64,000 bases of DNA from Ruditapes philippinarum (GCF_026571515.1 NW_026860876.1:124001-188000), one strand, 5' to 3'; counted from the first letter of the stretch, positions 12,201 to 27,196 are shown. Numbers and translations: made by a program. The notes: generated by a model not told the origin, from the letters alone.

Positions 12201-15200
12201 ATGGTATCACAAACAATACATGTACATGTCAAGGTAATCTGTTGACTGTCTGTGCTAATACATATTTATTCTTGTATTTAAAGGTCTTTACATACAAACA
12301 TCAATCATGTTCTGGTTTGAACAAGAATTTGTTGGAAAGAACACACAATTACTTGAATTAGAAATATTCACACAAAAGTACATGAAATATATTTTGTTTA
12401 CGTATATCATAAGAAGCCAGCATATACGGATATTAAACTTAAGGTAAATATCTAAATGATTCAAAATAAAATGTTAACTATGTTTACTTGACAATGAAAA
12501 ATAACAGTCAAATATTTGTTTCTTAGCGAGAATTTTTTCTCTCTTTTTTATACATTTTGACAATAGTAGAACATTGATTTGATGTCATATTGTCTACATA
12601 AAAGGTTATCATCAAAATCATTTTAACGAAGGCCTGGGAAATATGTTTGGAATTCCCTTCTACGCAGTTGTAGTTGTATGAATTATTGTATGTTTGTATG
12701 TATTCATGTTGCTGTACTGTATGTGTGTGTTTGCAAATACTTGTTTTCAAATGAATCTATTTTTAACCTTTCTTTGTCCTTGTATTCGTTTAATGTAATT
12801 GTAATTTTAATATACTTGAATATACGATGCTATTTATCATTTTCTGTGTTAAGACATTACATTTGTAATAAACTTTAATCTTGCATAACTTTAACATAGC
12901 AAATGTTTTACATGAGTCAACCGATAAAGACATTAGACATAACTATATGAAAACTAGAAACAATCAAGATCAATAAATCAAAGCAAAAGAAAAATCTGAA
13001 CTGTTTATACAGCGTGTTATAGTTTATTCAAAACATGCCTGAAATTGGCTTCAGCAAAGTGTTGTTTTTTTTTCTGTTTGACATAGCTAGTGTCAAATCC
13101 ATACGTACATTGCCTGAAAGATTAATTGTTATAACATATGCTTCGTGATAAATATTTCCAGGATAAGCTAGTTACATATGGAATAAAACATGTATTTAAC
13201 AAGTTTGTTTCCAACCCAATATCTGCATATGACAAGTTATATCAGTCAAAACAGGTTAAATACTGAGCTATCAATAAGATAAGTTATTTATTGCCTACAG
13301 ATTTTTTTTTGCGCAAGGCTTCTCAATTGCTGCATTGCAGCAACATTTGATCTTGTTGCCTCCAGAGACAACGAGTTAAATAAATTAAGTAATGAATTAA
13401 CATGTGAATATTGTTTCATTTATAACATAAAAAAAAAACTATTTACAAAATTTCATTGCCGTGCTCATAGTTTAGAGCAAAGACATTTAGCGTTAATTGC
13501 TAAGTTGCAAACGCGGCACGCATTTGTCGTAAATGACATTTTCACAAATATGGTCACTATGCCGTTATTGAAATATACAGCCATATAGAAATTTTATATA
13601 TTTTATGACTATTTTAAAACAATGTAATGTTTATTATTCAGTACTTAGGCATACCCCTGCTTTATGAAACGTCATAACGGAAAACAATTTATCATTTTAA
13701 GAGACATTTTCTGAATAAGAACTACCTCAATAGCAAATAGTCGCATGGCTTATTGCAGGCTAATATACTTGAGGTTTTTATTTATTTTACTCATCCGTAA
13801 ATTAACCGTTATCATCAATCCATTCATACGCATTCGACAATTATAAGAAGAGCTTTTTTCAAACTATTTGACCGTATTTCTGAGACGGAGACGTATACAA
13901 CAAACATATTATGAAACAATTCGATCTTTTGATGATATATAGTAATTTGCAAACTGTTAAAATCGATTCCATATTTTTGAATAACTCCAATTTGCAAGAT
14001 ATTACGTTTTATTGATATTCTTATAACCGTACAAATACGATATATGAGTTTACCTGGACATTAACTTATTTCTCATTTTGTTTGCGTATTAACACTAGAC
14101 TGGCTGATTTTCCATTGGGAATTTGTTTATATTCTTGTCCGAGCGCCTCATAAATAAATAAATACATAATTTTCTGCAGACGTAGTGCATTGTTAATAGG
14201 AAAATGAATAAAAAAGGAAACAAGTGGTTTTCTTAAAGCTTTGTACTTGTATAAGAGGCCAATTTTATATACAAATAAATTCCAAGATGCTTTTGTCTAC
14301 TGATAATTTTATTTAAAGTCTTAAAGTTTCTATTAAAAGCTTGTTTTTACAGAATATATTGTCTGTTGAATTTTACTATCAATCAGCTGTCAATTTCCAT
14401 GATAAAATGTATTCAAGTAACAAAATCGCAGCTTTAAAGTTTTACTTTTGTTCTGTTTTCACTTTGCTAAAAAGATATAAAAAATAATTTGAAATGATTT
14501 CAGTAAAATAAAGACCGATCGAGGCAGTTCAATTTCGTCGTGAATATTAAATTATGAATATCACTTATATTGTTTAAAACATACATACGATAAAAGTTGT
14601 ATATTAATTAACTATAATTGAAATTTACAAAAACTCTTAACGAGTAAGTGAACATACCATTGTAATTTTCATGTCATAGAATAACATAATACAAGATAAA
14701 ATGATTTTGAATCAAGTAATTTATGAAAATAAAAAACCTGGTCTTTTACTTTTTCTTTAACATCTTACTTTGACATCTTCGTTGACATTTCTAAAGAAAA
14801 AGAACGTTCAATGTAATTGCCGTTCATAAATTTGACAAGACTAAAGTTTTGGAGAGAAAAAAAGACAGATTGTTTCTTATATTGTAAATATAATAAAATT
14901 AATAATTATTCACACGTTACTTACACTTACTGTATATAACACTATTGTTTTGTTCAAGTTTTAAAGAATGATGGAAAGATATTTGTTATTTTTACATATA
15001 TCATTTAAGTGTATAAATCTATATATCTGATGCAAAAAGTATTGTTTGAATTATAAAGAAGTATAATTCCGAAATGCTTGTATGAAAAAATGGAGTAACT
15101 TATTGCCTTAAAAGCGAATGGCACATGCACAAACTTTTTGCTTAACGGATAAAACCCTACTTAAAATAGCAAAATAATATTTTGTTCCAGAACTTTTTAT

Positions 15201-15511
15201 TCTGTTTACGTACATTATTCATGTGTATTAGATAATAGAGACATTCTATGTTACAACATTTTCCTGAATCAACCTTAAAATAATGGAACCAATATAATTT
15301 TACTGTTGATAAAGTTTATTAAAATATTTCATAAGATATAGACTTATACCCTTTAAAAGCAGAATTAAAGTTGTTTCATGCTCAATTGCACTTAACTTTG
15401 ACTTTGTAATAACATTCTGTTTTAATATCTCAGTGAGATATAAACCGTATCAATTTAAGTCAAATGATATATTTATATACAAAATGAATTCATGAACTTC
15501 ATATATCTTAC

Positions 15512-15611
15512 CTTCCTCTTCTAATTCTAACGGCATTCCAAAGCATCCTAGTTGAATATTCGTCCCGGCGAGCATTATTTCAACAAATATTAATGCAAAT
15601 AAAGTTTTCAT
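15512..15611 (-). CDS. Coding exon 1 (signal peptide) of a secreted neuropeptide/prohormone precursor
   Basis: ATG at 15611-15609 opens MKTLFALIFVEIMLAGTNIQLGCFGMPLELEEE+G: basic N-terminus, hydrophobic core, likely cleavage at CFG|MP. The exon is 100 nt and ends at a strong donor GAAG|GTAAGA (intron starts 15511) in phase 1, matching the phase-1 acceptor at 9281. It is absent from the ORF track. Confidence 0.85.
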
Positions 15612-15681
15612 TTCGTTAAATTGTTCGTTGAATGTGTTGGCACCTTTTTTTTAAAATAAACTAGATCTAATTAATCTATAA

Positions 15682-15726
15682 CTATATACAAAACACGCAA
15701 AAAGATGTTTGTAAAATTCAACGTCA
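15682..15726 (-). promoter_or_regulatory. Candidate core promoter of the prohormone gene (TATA-like box plus half-CRE)
   Basis: On the minus strand, GTATATAG at 15689-15682 lies ~70 nt above the ATG, and TGACGT at 15726-15721 lies ~32 nt further up. The same stretch could instead be an intron 3' end preceding a 5'UTR exon. Confidence 0.25.
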
Positions 15727-17155
15727 CAAAAGTTTTTTCACTTTTTTCTCGTCACTCAAAGAAAGTCTTTACGTATCTTAAAAATAATAAGAATAAACCA
15801 AAACAAAACCAAAACAATGTTTTAGTTGTTATTAGATGTTTAGAAAGTATTGAATATATAGTACAGCAGTTAGTTATATTGAGCGTTATTTGACGTTAGA
15901 CGAGTAAAAGTTGTTACTTGTACAAAGAGTCATAGCCAATTGATATTGCGAGAGACGCGCTGTCGTTTTTATTTCCGATTGCCGCCATCTGAATAAATCT
16001 CCAATACTCATAAACGTTAATTCTGATTCATCCGATAATAGCAAGCGTGGGAATTTGTAGTCATTAAAGGATGATCTACAATTGCAATGAGCAGTTCATA
16101 CGTGCTGAGTTGTTATGAAAATAAAAACATCTCGGACAAAATTAAGGTTTAACATGACAAATGTCAGATTGAAAAGAATTGACAAAGCATTGCCAAAGCG
16201 ACCTTGATGATCTGCATTATTTAAACTGGTTTTGCAAAAATATATTAAGTTGATAAATAAGCACAGTACTAATCCGTTAAATAATTATGACCGAATTTCA
16301 ATGCCATAATAAACATTTGTTTCATAACACAATTATTACTAGTGCATAAATGTATACATTTTTTTTTTCTTGTATACTTTTTTATTTATATTCTGTCGCC
16401 TAAATTTTGCCATTTGTAGAACATTATGGAATAAAAACTTAATGACTAAATTTTTAATGACTGGTAAATAACGTTGTATAGTCCTTAAATAGAATCCGTC
16501 TTATGATCGCTTTTGTTCACAGTGCGCAATTTGGCGATATGGTTAAAATCATTTGCAACTCATTGGCCAATTTCCTAAACTGTTTTCTTCTGATGCTTTT
16601 TCGCAGTACATTTTTAGTGATTTTGTATTTTGTATAAAAGTCAAAATACCGATTTGGTGTAATGATATCATTTTACATTAACCATTTACATTTATTGTTT
16701 ACCCTTTTTGAAGAAGTTAATATCTATTCATTTCTCAGGCATAATATGCCTTAAACAATGTCAGAGATAACACAATGTCGAATGTCATTTGAAAAAAAAT
16801 CTCAGAGCAGATAAATTTAGTCACCTTAATTGAAAAAACATTTCTATTCGAAAATATTATACCAGGTAGTTATGGTTGTTATTTTTCTTTGTTTCTAAAG
16901 TTTCTATTTTATATTAGGAATGACGATTATAAATACGAAAAATAATTTGATAAATATCACGAAAATGTCTTTTGATAATGGCAAAAAGTTAAAATTAACA
17001 TAAATAAAAAGTAGTAACATAATTTTAGAAATACAAGCGGCAGCAAAATATAATTTGTTTCTTGATAATTGTGGATATTCTATTGCATGAAATAATTCCA
17101 ATTTTAAATGTTAGCAGATATTTCAACATTATTCAATTTAAATGTGTAACCTTGA

Positions 17156-17621
17156 CATCAACATAGTTGACTTGAATCTGAACAGGTGCGTCACCTTGAC
17201 AGCTTATAGCAATAAAAAGGATTGTTTATTAAACTGCGCCATACGATATCGGTTTTCGTTTTTGTGTTTAATTTTCTAAAACGAATTAAAATATGTATTT
17301 CCACTAATCCACTTTCGAACTTCTATTTAAGCTATTTCCGTCCATTGTTTTCTTTTGTTTTGTTTAGGGCACACGGATTCGTTTACTCATCAACATAGTT
17401 GACTTGAATCTGAACAGGTGCGTCACCTTGACAGCTTATAGCAATAAAAAGGATTGTTTATTAAACTGCGCCATACGATATCGGTTTTCGTTTTTGTGTT
17501 TAATTTTCTAAAACGAATTAAAATATGTATTTCCACTAATCCACTTTCGAACTTCTATTTAAGCTATTTCCGTCCATTGTTTTCTTTTGTTTTGTTTAGG
17601 GCACACGGATTCGTTTACTCA
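17156..17621 (+). repeat. Exact 232-bp tandem duplication
   Basis: 17156-17387 is repeated at 17388-17619 with no visible mismatch; CA microhomology at the junctions. Confidence 0.95.
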
Positions 17622-20600
17622 AAGAACATGCACCGCTTCTCCTGGAATGGTACGACAGTGTTACATTAAAGGTTCTGTGATAACCGCCGTATGATCTCAT
17701 CCAAAGATGTTTTCTAAATTCAAACTTTATCCATTTCATATTTCATTGATAAAATCTGCTTAGGTCGTTGCCATGAGGGTATGGGTGGTAGCGTAGTTTG
17801 CACTTTCAAGTACCGGCCATGATCAGGCCAAATCAAACCGAGCCGGGAACATTTTCAATTAAGCGTTTTTGTTTCTTTTCTGAGGATTCATTTTCTTTAT
17901 TTTATATAAATGTATGGTTTGATTTCGTTAAAAAGTGAAACAAAAAATACTCGTTCAAAAATAATGAATTCGATTCATCAGAAAAATGTTATCTTTACGA
18001 CGTCAAGGAATAAATCTTCGTTCTTCATTCTCTGTCAAGAATTAGAAATTATCAGTTAATGTTATCCATATTCATGAACCTTATTTATTCTCGTAAAAAG
18101 GCGTCTTGACAGAAAATGTTATCAGGAAACTTGATGCAGTAATCTTAGCAAAACGATTATCTTTAAAATGTTGAAGGGTGATCAGTTTTATGATAATTAT
18201 ATCGATTTTGTAATATTTTAATTTAATCTTCATTGGAATAAATGATATTTTCCTTTAGATAAATTACAAAAACATGTGTTTTCGCGAGAAAAAAAAACAT
18301 GGTTTTAAGATCTTATCTTTAGTCTACTGAAATGTATTTTCTTTTCTTTTTTTTTCAAAAAATAATGTCGATCTGTTTTATAACATATTTTGAGTGATTG
18401 TATATATGTGACACATTTGTATACAACTAAAATACAGTTTTATGAATCGGTTTAGTCAGGAGTGGGAAATGACCACCACTTTAACAATATCCATCTAAAT
18501 CAATAAGAGTGTCACACATAACAAAGTTTTTCATAATGTCTGGTAACCACTTTTGAGATATGTTGAATAAAATACCATAGCATACATACAAAGTATACAT
18601 ACACTTACATAATTAATAGGATTAAAACCACTCATAATTTTATCAATTTATTTGAATTGATCATATCTTGTAGGCGTGTGTTTTCAAAGTCCTTTAATAT
18701 TATTCATATTTAATAATATTTAGAAATAAATTGACTAAATGAATCCATTTTCCAATATTTTTGAACATTTATAACATACTTGTAATGAACTTAAATGTTA
18801 GTATGATAAATATAGTTTTTAATGTATGCCACTCGGAACATAATAATTATTATGTCCACAATATTTAACGTAATTTTGTAACATAACTAAAAATCTACCA
18901 GTAGTTATTTATCGATTCTTTGTGATTGTTTACCTCTTTTTTGACCTTATAACATAAATGAATTTAATCTTTTTTCGAACCAGAATTGATATATATATCT
19001 AATACATGTATCTCCTTTCTCCATTTATATAAAGTATTTAACATTTCATAATATCACTTGTTTTAAAATTATTACACTATTAATAACACTCCTATGAACG
19101 TAAGACATTCTGACATTTAATTGACCGACTTAATCGAGGAGCAGAAACTAATAACTTGAACTAGATATTCTTAAAGTTCGAGCGTCTAATGTTAACCAAT
19201 AGTTAATTGCTAAAGAGCACTCAAATCAAATGGTCCATAATGATTTATCAAAATAACTGTAACAAAATTTTATGTTAAGAATATGTAATTAATTAACTAT
19301 GAATCACATTGTTTTGCTCGTGATACTTCTATAAACGATAACTGAAAACAAATATTGTACTCATTAACGGCCTTCGGTACAAAATATAGAAAGTAGGTCT
19401 AAACTGATGGTTTTGAAAACGATATGTTGAAAATTAACAATATGCATTGTATACTACCATGAGAGTAGCTCCCTTACAAAATTCGTAGTCATGTACTTTA
19501 AAAAGCACACATCAAGATTCTTGCTTATTTTTTATGAAAATTTGAAAATGTTTTGAAAAGTAACATATTGTGAAGTATCCATAAAAGAAGCAAATTACAC
19601 ATTACAAACAGCACTCACAGCCCAAGTAAAGTACAAAATGAGGTAAAAATATTCAAAGAAATGGCCTTGACTGCAGTAGCAGAAATATGGTTATAAATAC
19701 TGAAAAATCATTAATGACACATGACGTATAAAGAATTATATAAATCTTAAATCTTGGTACCTTTCCTCAATTCTTAGGTTTGTATTTTGCTGACCTGGGG
19801 GCATACAGTTTTAAAAACTATATTTTAATATAATGCTTACTCACCTAAAAAATGATTGTAATACACCAATATTCGGCTCGTCACACAAGTCATGGAAATC
19901 TCAATATGTTCTACTATAAAATTACTTTGAGGCCTTATATTGGGTACCGAAATTACACATTATTTTCTATGAAGAGAAGTAGTTTCTGCCCATAATAATT
20001 ATACAATGTTTTGATATCAGTCCTATTTTCCATTAATAATCTTTGAACAAACCATTGTTCCAGTAGTAAATAGATATATCATTCTAAAAATACAATATAG
20101 ACTTAACATTGGTACCATTACCAGGTACCGTTTTCCCAACGCATTCACATGAAATGAATTGCTTGTATGCATGACATTTTACGCATTTTTTAATTTGGTA
20201 AATAGAACAAAATTCTCATATTTAAACAAGTTTCATCGTATTGACATTTTCACACAGGTTGTATCATTGAAAAAACCTTTTTAACAGGGCTCAAAAGTAA
20301 GTATGTTTGCGCATGCGCGTATATATGTGATCTCACCGCGTTAACAAGGTCACGTTTTTACAACACACAGGTGAAGATGATTCAAAATGAAAATGTTTTG
20401 TTGACACCTAGATTTTGCCTCTTTCACATGTTAGCGTGAATTGATATACGTTTGAAAAAATGATCAAACGTTTAAAGGAAAAAAGCGGGCACTGCTTTTT
20501 ATACAGGAAACTACTTGCATGTCAGTATATATATAATTATATATATATGTATATATTCTACCAGTCTTTAAATCATAAGAACGGAAGGCAAAAATAATAA

Positions 20601-23030
20601 ATTCAGAATTGCTGCGGCAACATATCTTTTTTACAATTATGACAATCTTCATCATATCTAAGCTGCTCATTGTTAAATAATTAAAAGAATAAGTATCGGT
20701 AAAATTATGGAACATTAATCATATTACTTAAAATGTTAAGAAACAAATATCCACAGAACACACTAAATAGGATGTTTTATTGTGATAAAAATAAACATAA
20801 TGAAAGTCTTATCATATTATAGGGTTTCAGCTCGTACTAACACCAAAAATGGTGTATGCGATATTTCCAAATTTTTAGTGCGGAGTTATAAGTAACAACC
20901 TCATGCGTGAAGGAAATAAAGCGTAATTAATTAAATTTACTTTGACATAGAATATACGAACAAGGTTAACAAGGGCAGAGAATCTTTCTAAAAGATACTT
21001 CTTGTTTTTTAAATGCGAACGAAGCTTCCTATTTAATTTTTCCTATTAAGTTAAAAACGTCACCTGGGTAACAATACGTGTAACATGTTTCAATTTATTT
21101 ATACTTCATTACAGCACTTTTAAGTGTTGAAAATTGAGTATTGCTCAAGCCGGAGATTTGGGGCGTGTGGGATGTTGCACATTTTTATAATCCCTAATGT
21201 ACAGACTAAATTAAACTGAAACTAAACAAGCAATTTTAACATGAATGATATTACAATGACATTTTTCCTTAAGGTAAACGTGGTGCTAATTAATATGCAT
21301 CATATAGAGACATCGAAACCTAATCCGATTTTAAATCGAAAGTCTTTTACACGAAGTACAAAATATTTTTGTCTTTAAGGCTTGTTTGGGAATGTTATAT
21401 TCCGGGACGAGCAAAATCACGCAAGAAATAATCACTTTGCCTGGTGAGGAAACATGTTTTCGTAGACAATACGTACTATAAAACAATTCAACTTATTTCT
21501 TTGCTTACGTTAAAAATGTCATTCACAGACAAATCAAATATCAATTTTGCCAAATTACTATTTTGAAATAATATTATTGTATGATTGTTGTTTACCTTAC
21601 ACAACATTTTGTTTGGTTGTTGTGCTATTTGAATTAGATATGTTCTTTAAATAACTTAACTAAATTTGGAATTATCCTGCCGCGGATATTGTTGTTGTTG
21701 TTATGGTTTAAAAATTTAATACGCTAAAAGAATACTTTTGTAATCATTGTTGATTTAAAAACAGTATATCTTATAAGAGTGAAGATGTCGAGTGGCTCAA
21801 TATACTGTTAGTATTCATGGGTACGATCCATTATCAGCTAGTTGATAACACTACCGTTACTTCAAAGTGAACATTTGACCGATGCGCTAACGAGTAATGT
21901 ATAGGTCAGCTTCATATAAATAGATGTATCAACCCTGTCAACTAAATATCTACTGCTACTATCATCTTAAAAACTATCGTAACAGTTTTCTCTGCAACTA
22001 CTTATCACAGCCTATACAGCTTTGATATATACGTGGTCCCAAACCATGGGATTCAATTTCAGGTCTGTCGCTCATCAACTTCCTGTTGACCGACTTAGAT
22101 AAATTTTCGACATTAATGGTCGATGGTAGGAAATTTTCGAAACAGTGTTCTCAGCAACTACTTATCATAATCTCTTATACAGCATCAACATGTGGTCCTA
22201 TACCGTGGGATTCGGTTTCAGGTCTGTCGCTAATTCTCTTCCTGTTTATCGACCTAGTTAAATGTTCAACATTAATGGTCAATGGTTAGAAATTTTCTTA
22301 ATATCACAGCCTCATGATACATGCAATTGGTTTACCAATGCAACCCGTCCTTTTCTGTCTTTGACCCATTGTTAGTTTGTAATGTACTTGAATATGTTAT
22401 TTGTAATAATAATAACTCCAAAGTCATATGCATATAATTCATCCAGTTGTTTCTGGTTTAATGAATAGAAAATAATTATAAGAAACTCGCTAGCATTTTA
22501 AATGACGCATGTGTTCTAAAAAAGAAACTTAATTTCAATCCCAAAGAAGATATATTTCAATAGTATATAGAAATTATTCAGGAAACAATAAATGTTTTGT
22601 ATTGCTTATATTCACATCAAAGCCATAAAATTCATAAATGTCTTTAACATTTGAAATTTAAAAAGCAAAATTCATGAAAATTGAATGTCTTGCAACTTGA
22701 AAATTTCAAATAATGCGTTTTGAAATGAAGTAAGAAGATTTTGTATATTATTTGTATATTGTTTTAAAATAACCAAAATATCATTATTAATATGAATATC
22801 TTTGCATATTTTCTAACGAGCAAATGGCGCAAGCTACAAGGTCAACAAAGAAGGGCGGCGTTCAAGTCATACGTTGAAAACCCTAGTTTGAATAGTAGCT
22901 CGATTATTTCATTGTGTTGACTGGTCATATTCATGTGTGTTAGATAAAAGAGTCATTCAGTACCAAACCTTTTTAGAATCGACCATAAAATAATAGAAAC
23001 AACATTATTTTACTGTTAATATATTTTATA

Positions 23031-23120
23031 TCATTCATTCATTCATTCATTCATTCATTCATTCATTCATTCATTCATTCATTCATTTATTTATTTATAC
23101 ATTCATTCATTTATTTATTC
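23031..23120 (+). repeat. (TCAT)n/(TTAT)n microsatellite
   Basis: Directly visible. Confidence 0.95.
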
Positions 23121-24304
23121 GTCCCCTTCCTAGGTTTTCCCGTGTGTCCTGTCCTGTCCTGTAATGCTGTCTTGTGTTATCAATGCTTTCTTTCTGTGTG
23201 TTTCCAAACTATTTGTGAGAAAGAAAATCTGTTTTACTTCAAATTTTATCAAGTTTTATTTTAGAAGCCTTTACTAAGCAGGAAGATTTTGTTTCATTTA
23301 CAAAAGATTTTAAATATTAGATATTTTATGACAATTAATTTTTATATCATTGAAGTTTTCAAATATTTTAGCCAAATACTTTTTTAAAAAAGCATGAATA
23401 ATTTCCATAACACAATTATTAACTATCATTCAATTACAATTTTCTTATATTTTTCCACGTAATATATTAACTTTTTATTTTGCACGAATCTTTTATGTGT
23501 AGCTCCAACTCTTACTTATAGTTGTTTTAAATAAGTTTAACTAAAATAAAGGAAAACGGAATCATTAAAGAATATCTAAAACAAGACAAAAACTAAAAAC
23601 TGAAAATGCTGTTCATGGACGGTAGTGATAATTGTTATTTACCATCCACGCCCCCTGGCAACAACTTACGCATAATTCAATATTAAAACATATAAATGGT
23701 GAAATATTGAATTTTGAACCTAAAATCATCTGCAAATGTTTTTTTTATACGGCGGTATCCATGGAACATTCAATATGACAAGTTCGGGACATTTAATGAA
23801 CAGCGGTGTATGGTCCCCAAGTTAAAGAAACAGATATGTAATGAGCGGAAGAAAATAAAAAGAGATCAGATATCACGAAACCTGCATATTACAGACAAGA
23901 CGTCAAATGACAAATTAGGATAGCAGACAACATTTCGTAAGGGTGATCAAACAGAATTCAAATAGAAATACTTGAATCATCCAGCATAAAGAAAAGCAGA
24001 TCAAAGAGAAACTCGGAAATTGTGAAAACATCAGCTAGTGTTCATACGGCGGTAATCAAGCGTAACTTGAAATATTTTTCAGTTGATAGATATAAGGTAG
24101 AAATAATGCCTATCTATGAGTAAATGAAGAGTATTCATATATTTTTTTTTTAATTTTCATTGGTCATATTTGTTTTTTTAATTATATGATTTACGTCACC
24201 TGACTAATCAATAACCCCGTTGACCCACATGAATAGCTAGAAATATCTTTTGCGGAAAAATGTTCAATTTACAAAAAGAGTGAGACAGCCTCACACGTTT
24301 GAAT

Positions 24305-24470
24305 GTTGAATTTTGCTAAAGCCGGTGCTAGCGGTCGTTGACGAAAATTTGCCTTTGACAGTGCCGTCCATGAACAAGCTTGATCAAACCGAGCCTGCAC
24401 CATTTAGATTTTTTCCGTTTCGGACATTCTTTAGGGATTCTTATATTCTCTATTTTTCATATTTCAAGCA
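24305..24470 (+). repeat. Dispersed repeat family A (representative copy)
   Basis: Core CCGTCCATGAACAGGCTCAATCAAACCGAGCCTGCAACATTTTCAATT also occurs at ~17760-17900(+), 23590-23665(-), 25700-25835(-), 42250-42372(-) and 56370-56440(+). Confidence 0.75.
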
Positions 24471-27196
24471 GTTTTAATTTTTACCTGAACATTTGTGACT
24501 ATAAGTTATTGTTCAATCGCTATTATAATAATATCAAATCTTTTGAAAATATACAACTAATTATCGCAGCTGGAGAGTGAAAAGAATGAACATTATGTCA
24601 CTTTAGTATGACTTATTTACTTACAAGATGACATTTTATTTATATCTATTAGTTACACAGCACGATATGTTTTATCAAATGTAATTAGAATGTCTTAAAT
24701 AAATTAAGAAACCAGAATCGTTCGTAAAATTTATTTTTTATCATTCATTTATTTTTTACGCTAACCCGTGACAGGCATTTCACGTGACATGAGTTATTTC
24801 TCAAGTGCCAAGGTTGTTTATTATAGTAGAAAAACTGAGAAAACGACAAATTGTTAAATTGTGAGATAAAGAAGAGTGGAATACAATCATTTGAACCCTA
24901 ACATTAATTAAATGGTAGAATTTTAATTGTCGTAAGGTCGCTCGAATGGCATTTCATGCTATGTACATAAATGATTTGAAAATAGCATGTGCCTATTAAG
25001 TAAATTATCAGAACTTTCTCAATTTTCAAGTTTTAAAAGCTAAAATGTATTCGGTTCTTGATAATTGACAAATATGACATTCATAGTGTGATTTCTTCAC
25101 GAATATCACGTGTTTTTAAGTATTTATGTAGTATTATACAGACTTACGATATCATTTGGTTGTTCAATGCTTAAAGAAATCATTTGAAAGATTTAACCTG
25201 TTTTATTTATTGCAAATATATTTTAAAGTGTTGAGCAATATTTCTGTAAATTATATTTTCAAATATCATAAAAGAAAATTATTTCAAGAAGTTAACAAAA
25301 GAATTTTATTTGATATTGTTTGTCTGTTTCAACGTTTATTTCACACGTAATTGGTTTGTCGATATAACTGGCATTCCTAAATTACTAACCAGTAATAACA
25401 AGTTTCCTCGCAAGTGATCGACTAATAATCCCACGTGTTTTCTGCATCGGAGGTGAGAGACAAGTGAACATAAGAATAAATGTCCTAGATAAATTGTAAA
25501 GGAGAAATTTAAAGGGTCAAATCAGCTTTCCTTATTACGCAAAGAAGATTGAATTCAAAGCTTTTGGATTGCAATATATTGCTGCAACTTTGCTTATTCA
25601 TATGCATTCATCATAATCAAAAACAATTATCATGCATTTAAATAAAGGAATTAAATAATTTTCTAGACATCAACTGCAATTGCAATTATGTTTTTTTTAA
25701 AAAAATAGACTAAAGAACGCACAAAGCGAGAAAATTGAAAATGTTACAAACTCGGTTTGATTGAGCCTGTTCGTGGACGGTAATGGAAAGTACATGTTAC
25801 CGCCCACACCCCTAGTACCGGCTTTAGCAGTATTGAAGAAGACATGCATTATCAGTGTAAGACATGACATTAGCATTTTAAAAGCACTTCAAAAGATAAA
25901 TGTTTTTTTTTCTGAAAAGTGCCAAAAATATTTGATTTAGTTCAGTCTGTTCTCGACAGATCATAGTAATTTATTTCCCTTTTGAATTCATATCCATGAA
26001 GAAATGTATGCCTCTTATTTCCTTAAATTTAACGAAATCCATGCCTTATAAAAAGAAAGGTAAGCCTCCGTATTCTTTAGTATGTATATATTTATATGAT
26101 ATTGCACATAAGAAAAAATGATTCTTCTTCTCATAAATCATATATAAACAAAGCTATACCTCTTATTTTCTCTAATTTTCTCTAGTTTTCATAAATTATT
26201 ATGATAAAATCTATGTCTGTCATTTAAAGACATACGCACCTCTAATTCTCATGAATATAAAGACGGATATACGTCTTATAATTATAAATGGATACTACAG
26301 AAAACATTGTCCTTTGTTTTTCATGAATATAAAAAGATATGCCTCAAATTTCCATGTATAAAAGGAAATGTATGCCTGTAATTTTCATAAATATAAAAAA
26401 AACTACAAAACAAATTCGTGTTCACATAGTCTCTTATCTCTATTTTCTGGCCGGTTGTTTATTGGGAAAAGTGTTGTTTGCTAAAACATATCGTATTCTT
26501 AATTTAAATGTTAACCAATTTTCAGACAAGAGACTATTACAAGCGTCAATTACTTGACTGTGTGTATGTATTTCCTTTATATAAACTACTTTATAAGGTT
26601 CGTATTGTTTACATGATTTTATGGTGTCTTAATATGATAACAATTTTATGTGAACGTGGCACAAGCACAAATTCTCACGGCATTTTCACACACACAAAAA
26701 ACGATAATCATTTATTGTAGTTTAAAAGGTTAAAGAGCTAAATTTGTTTAACACTCTTTTCATGTTCACGTTTGTTGTATTTTTATACAAAATTCATTTC
26801 CTTTTCCTCCTTTTTTTCATTTCCGCAACAAGCTTTTTATCAGTTAAGATTTGACGTAAATCAAAGAAGTGTACTCGTTATTAATTTTCTAGTCAATGTA
26901 TGAAATTTTGTACTTTTTTCTAGTTCATATATATATATATATATCTTTCTTAAAACTAAAAGCACAATAAGAAATGATAAAAATGATTAAATATATCTTA
27001 ATGAGGAAAAAATCGTTTTGTTTACACATTTTCTTTGAATTATGATCAGGTGTACTTTTTATAAAAACTAATTCATGTGTTATTCTACAAAAATAATTAG
27101 TGATGCGATATATTGTTAAGAGCCAACACTGATATATTAAAAATCAACATATGAGACCCAGAATTAGCTTAACAAAACAAACAATTGACGTTTTTT

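Noticed and set aside
12135-12240. Signal-peptide-like frame IAIFVTIASGLYG..CTCQ before a GTAATC donor
   Set aside because: There is an in-frame stop immediately upstream and no ATG.
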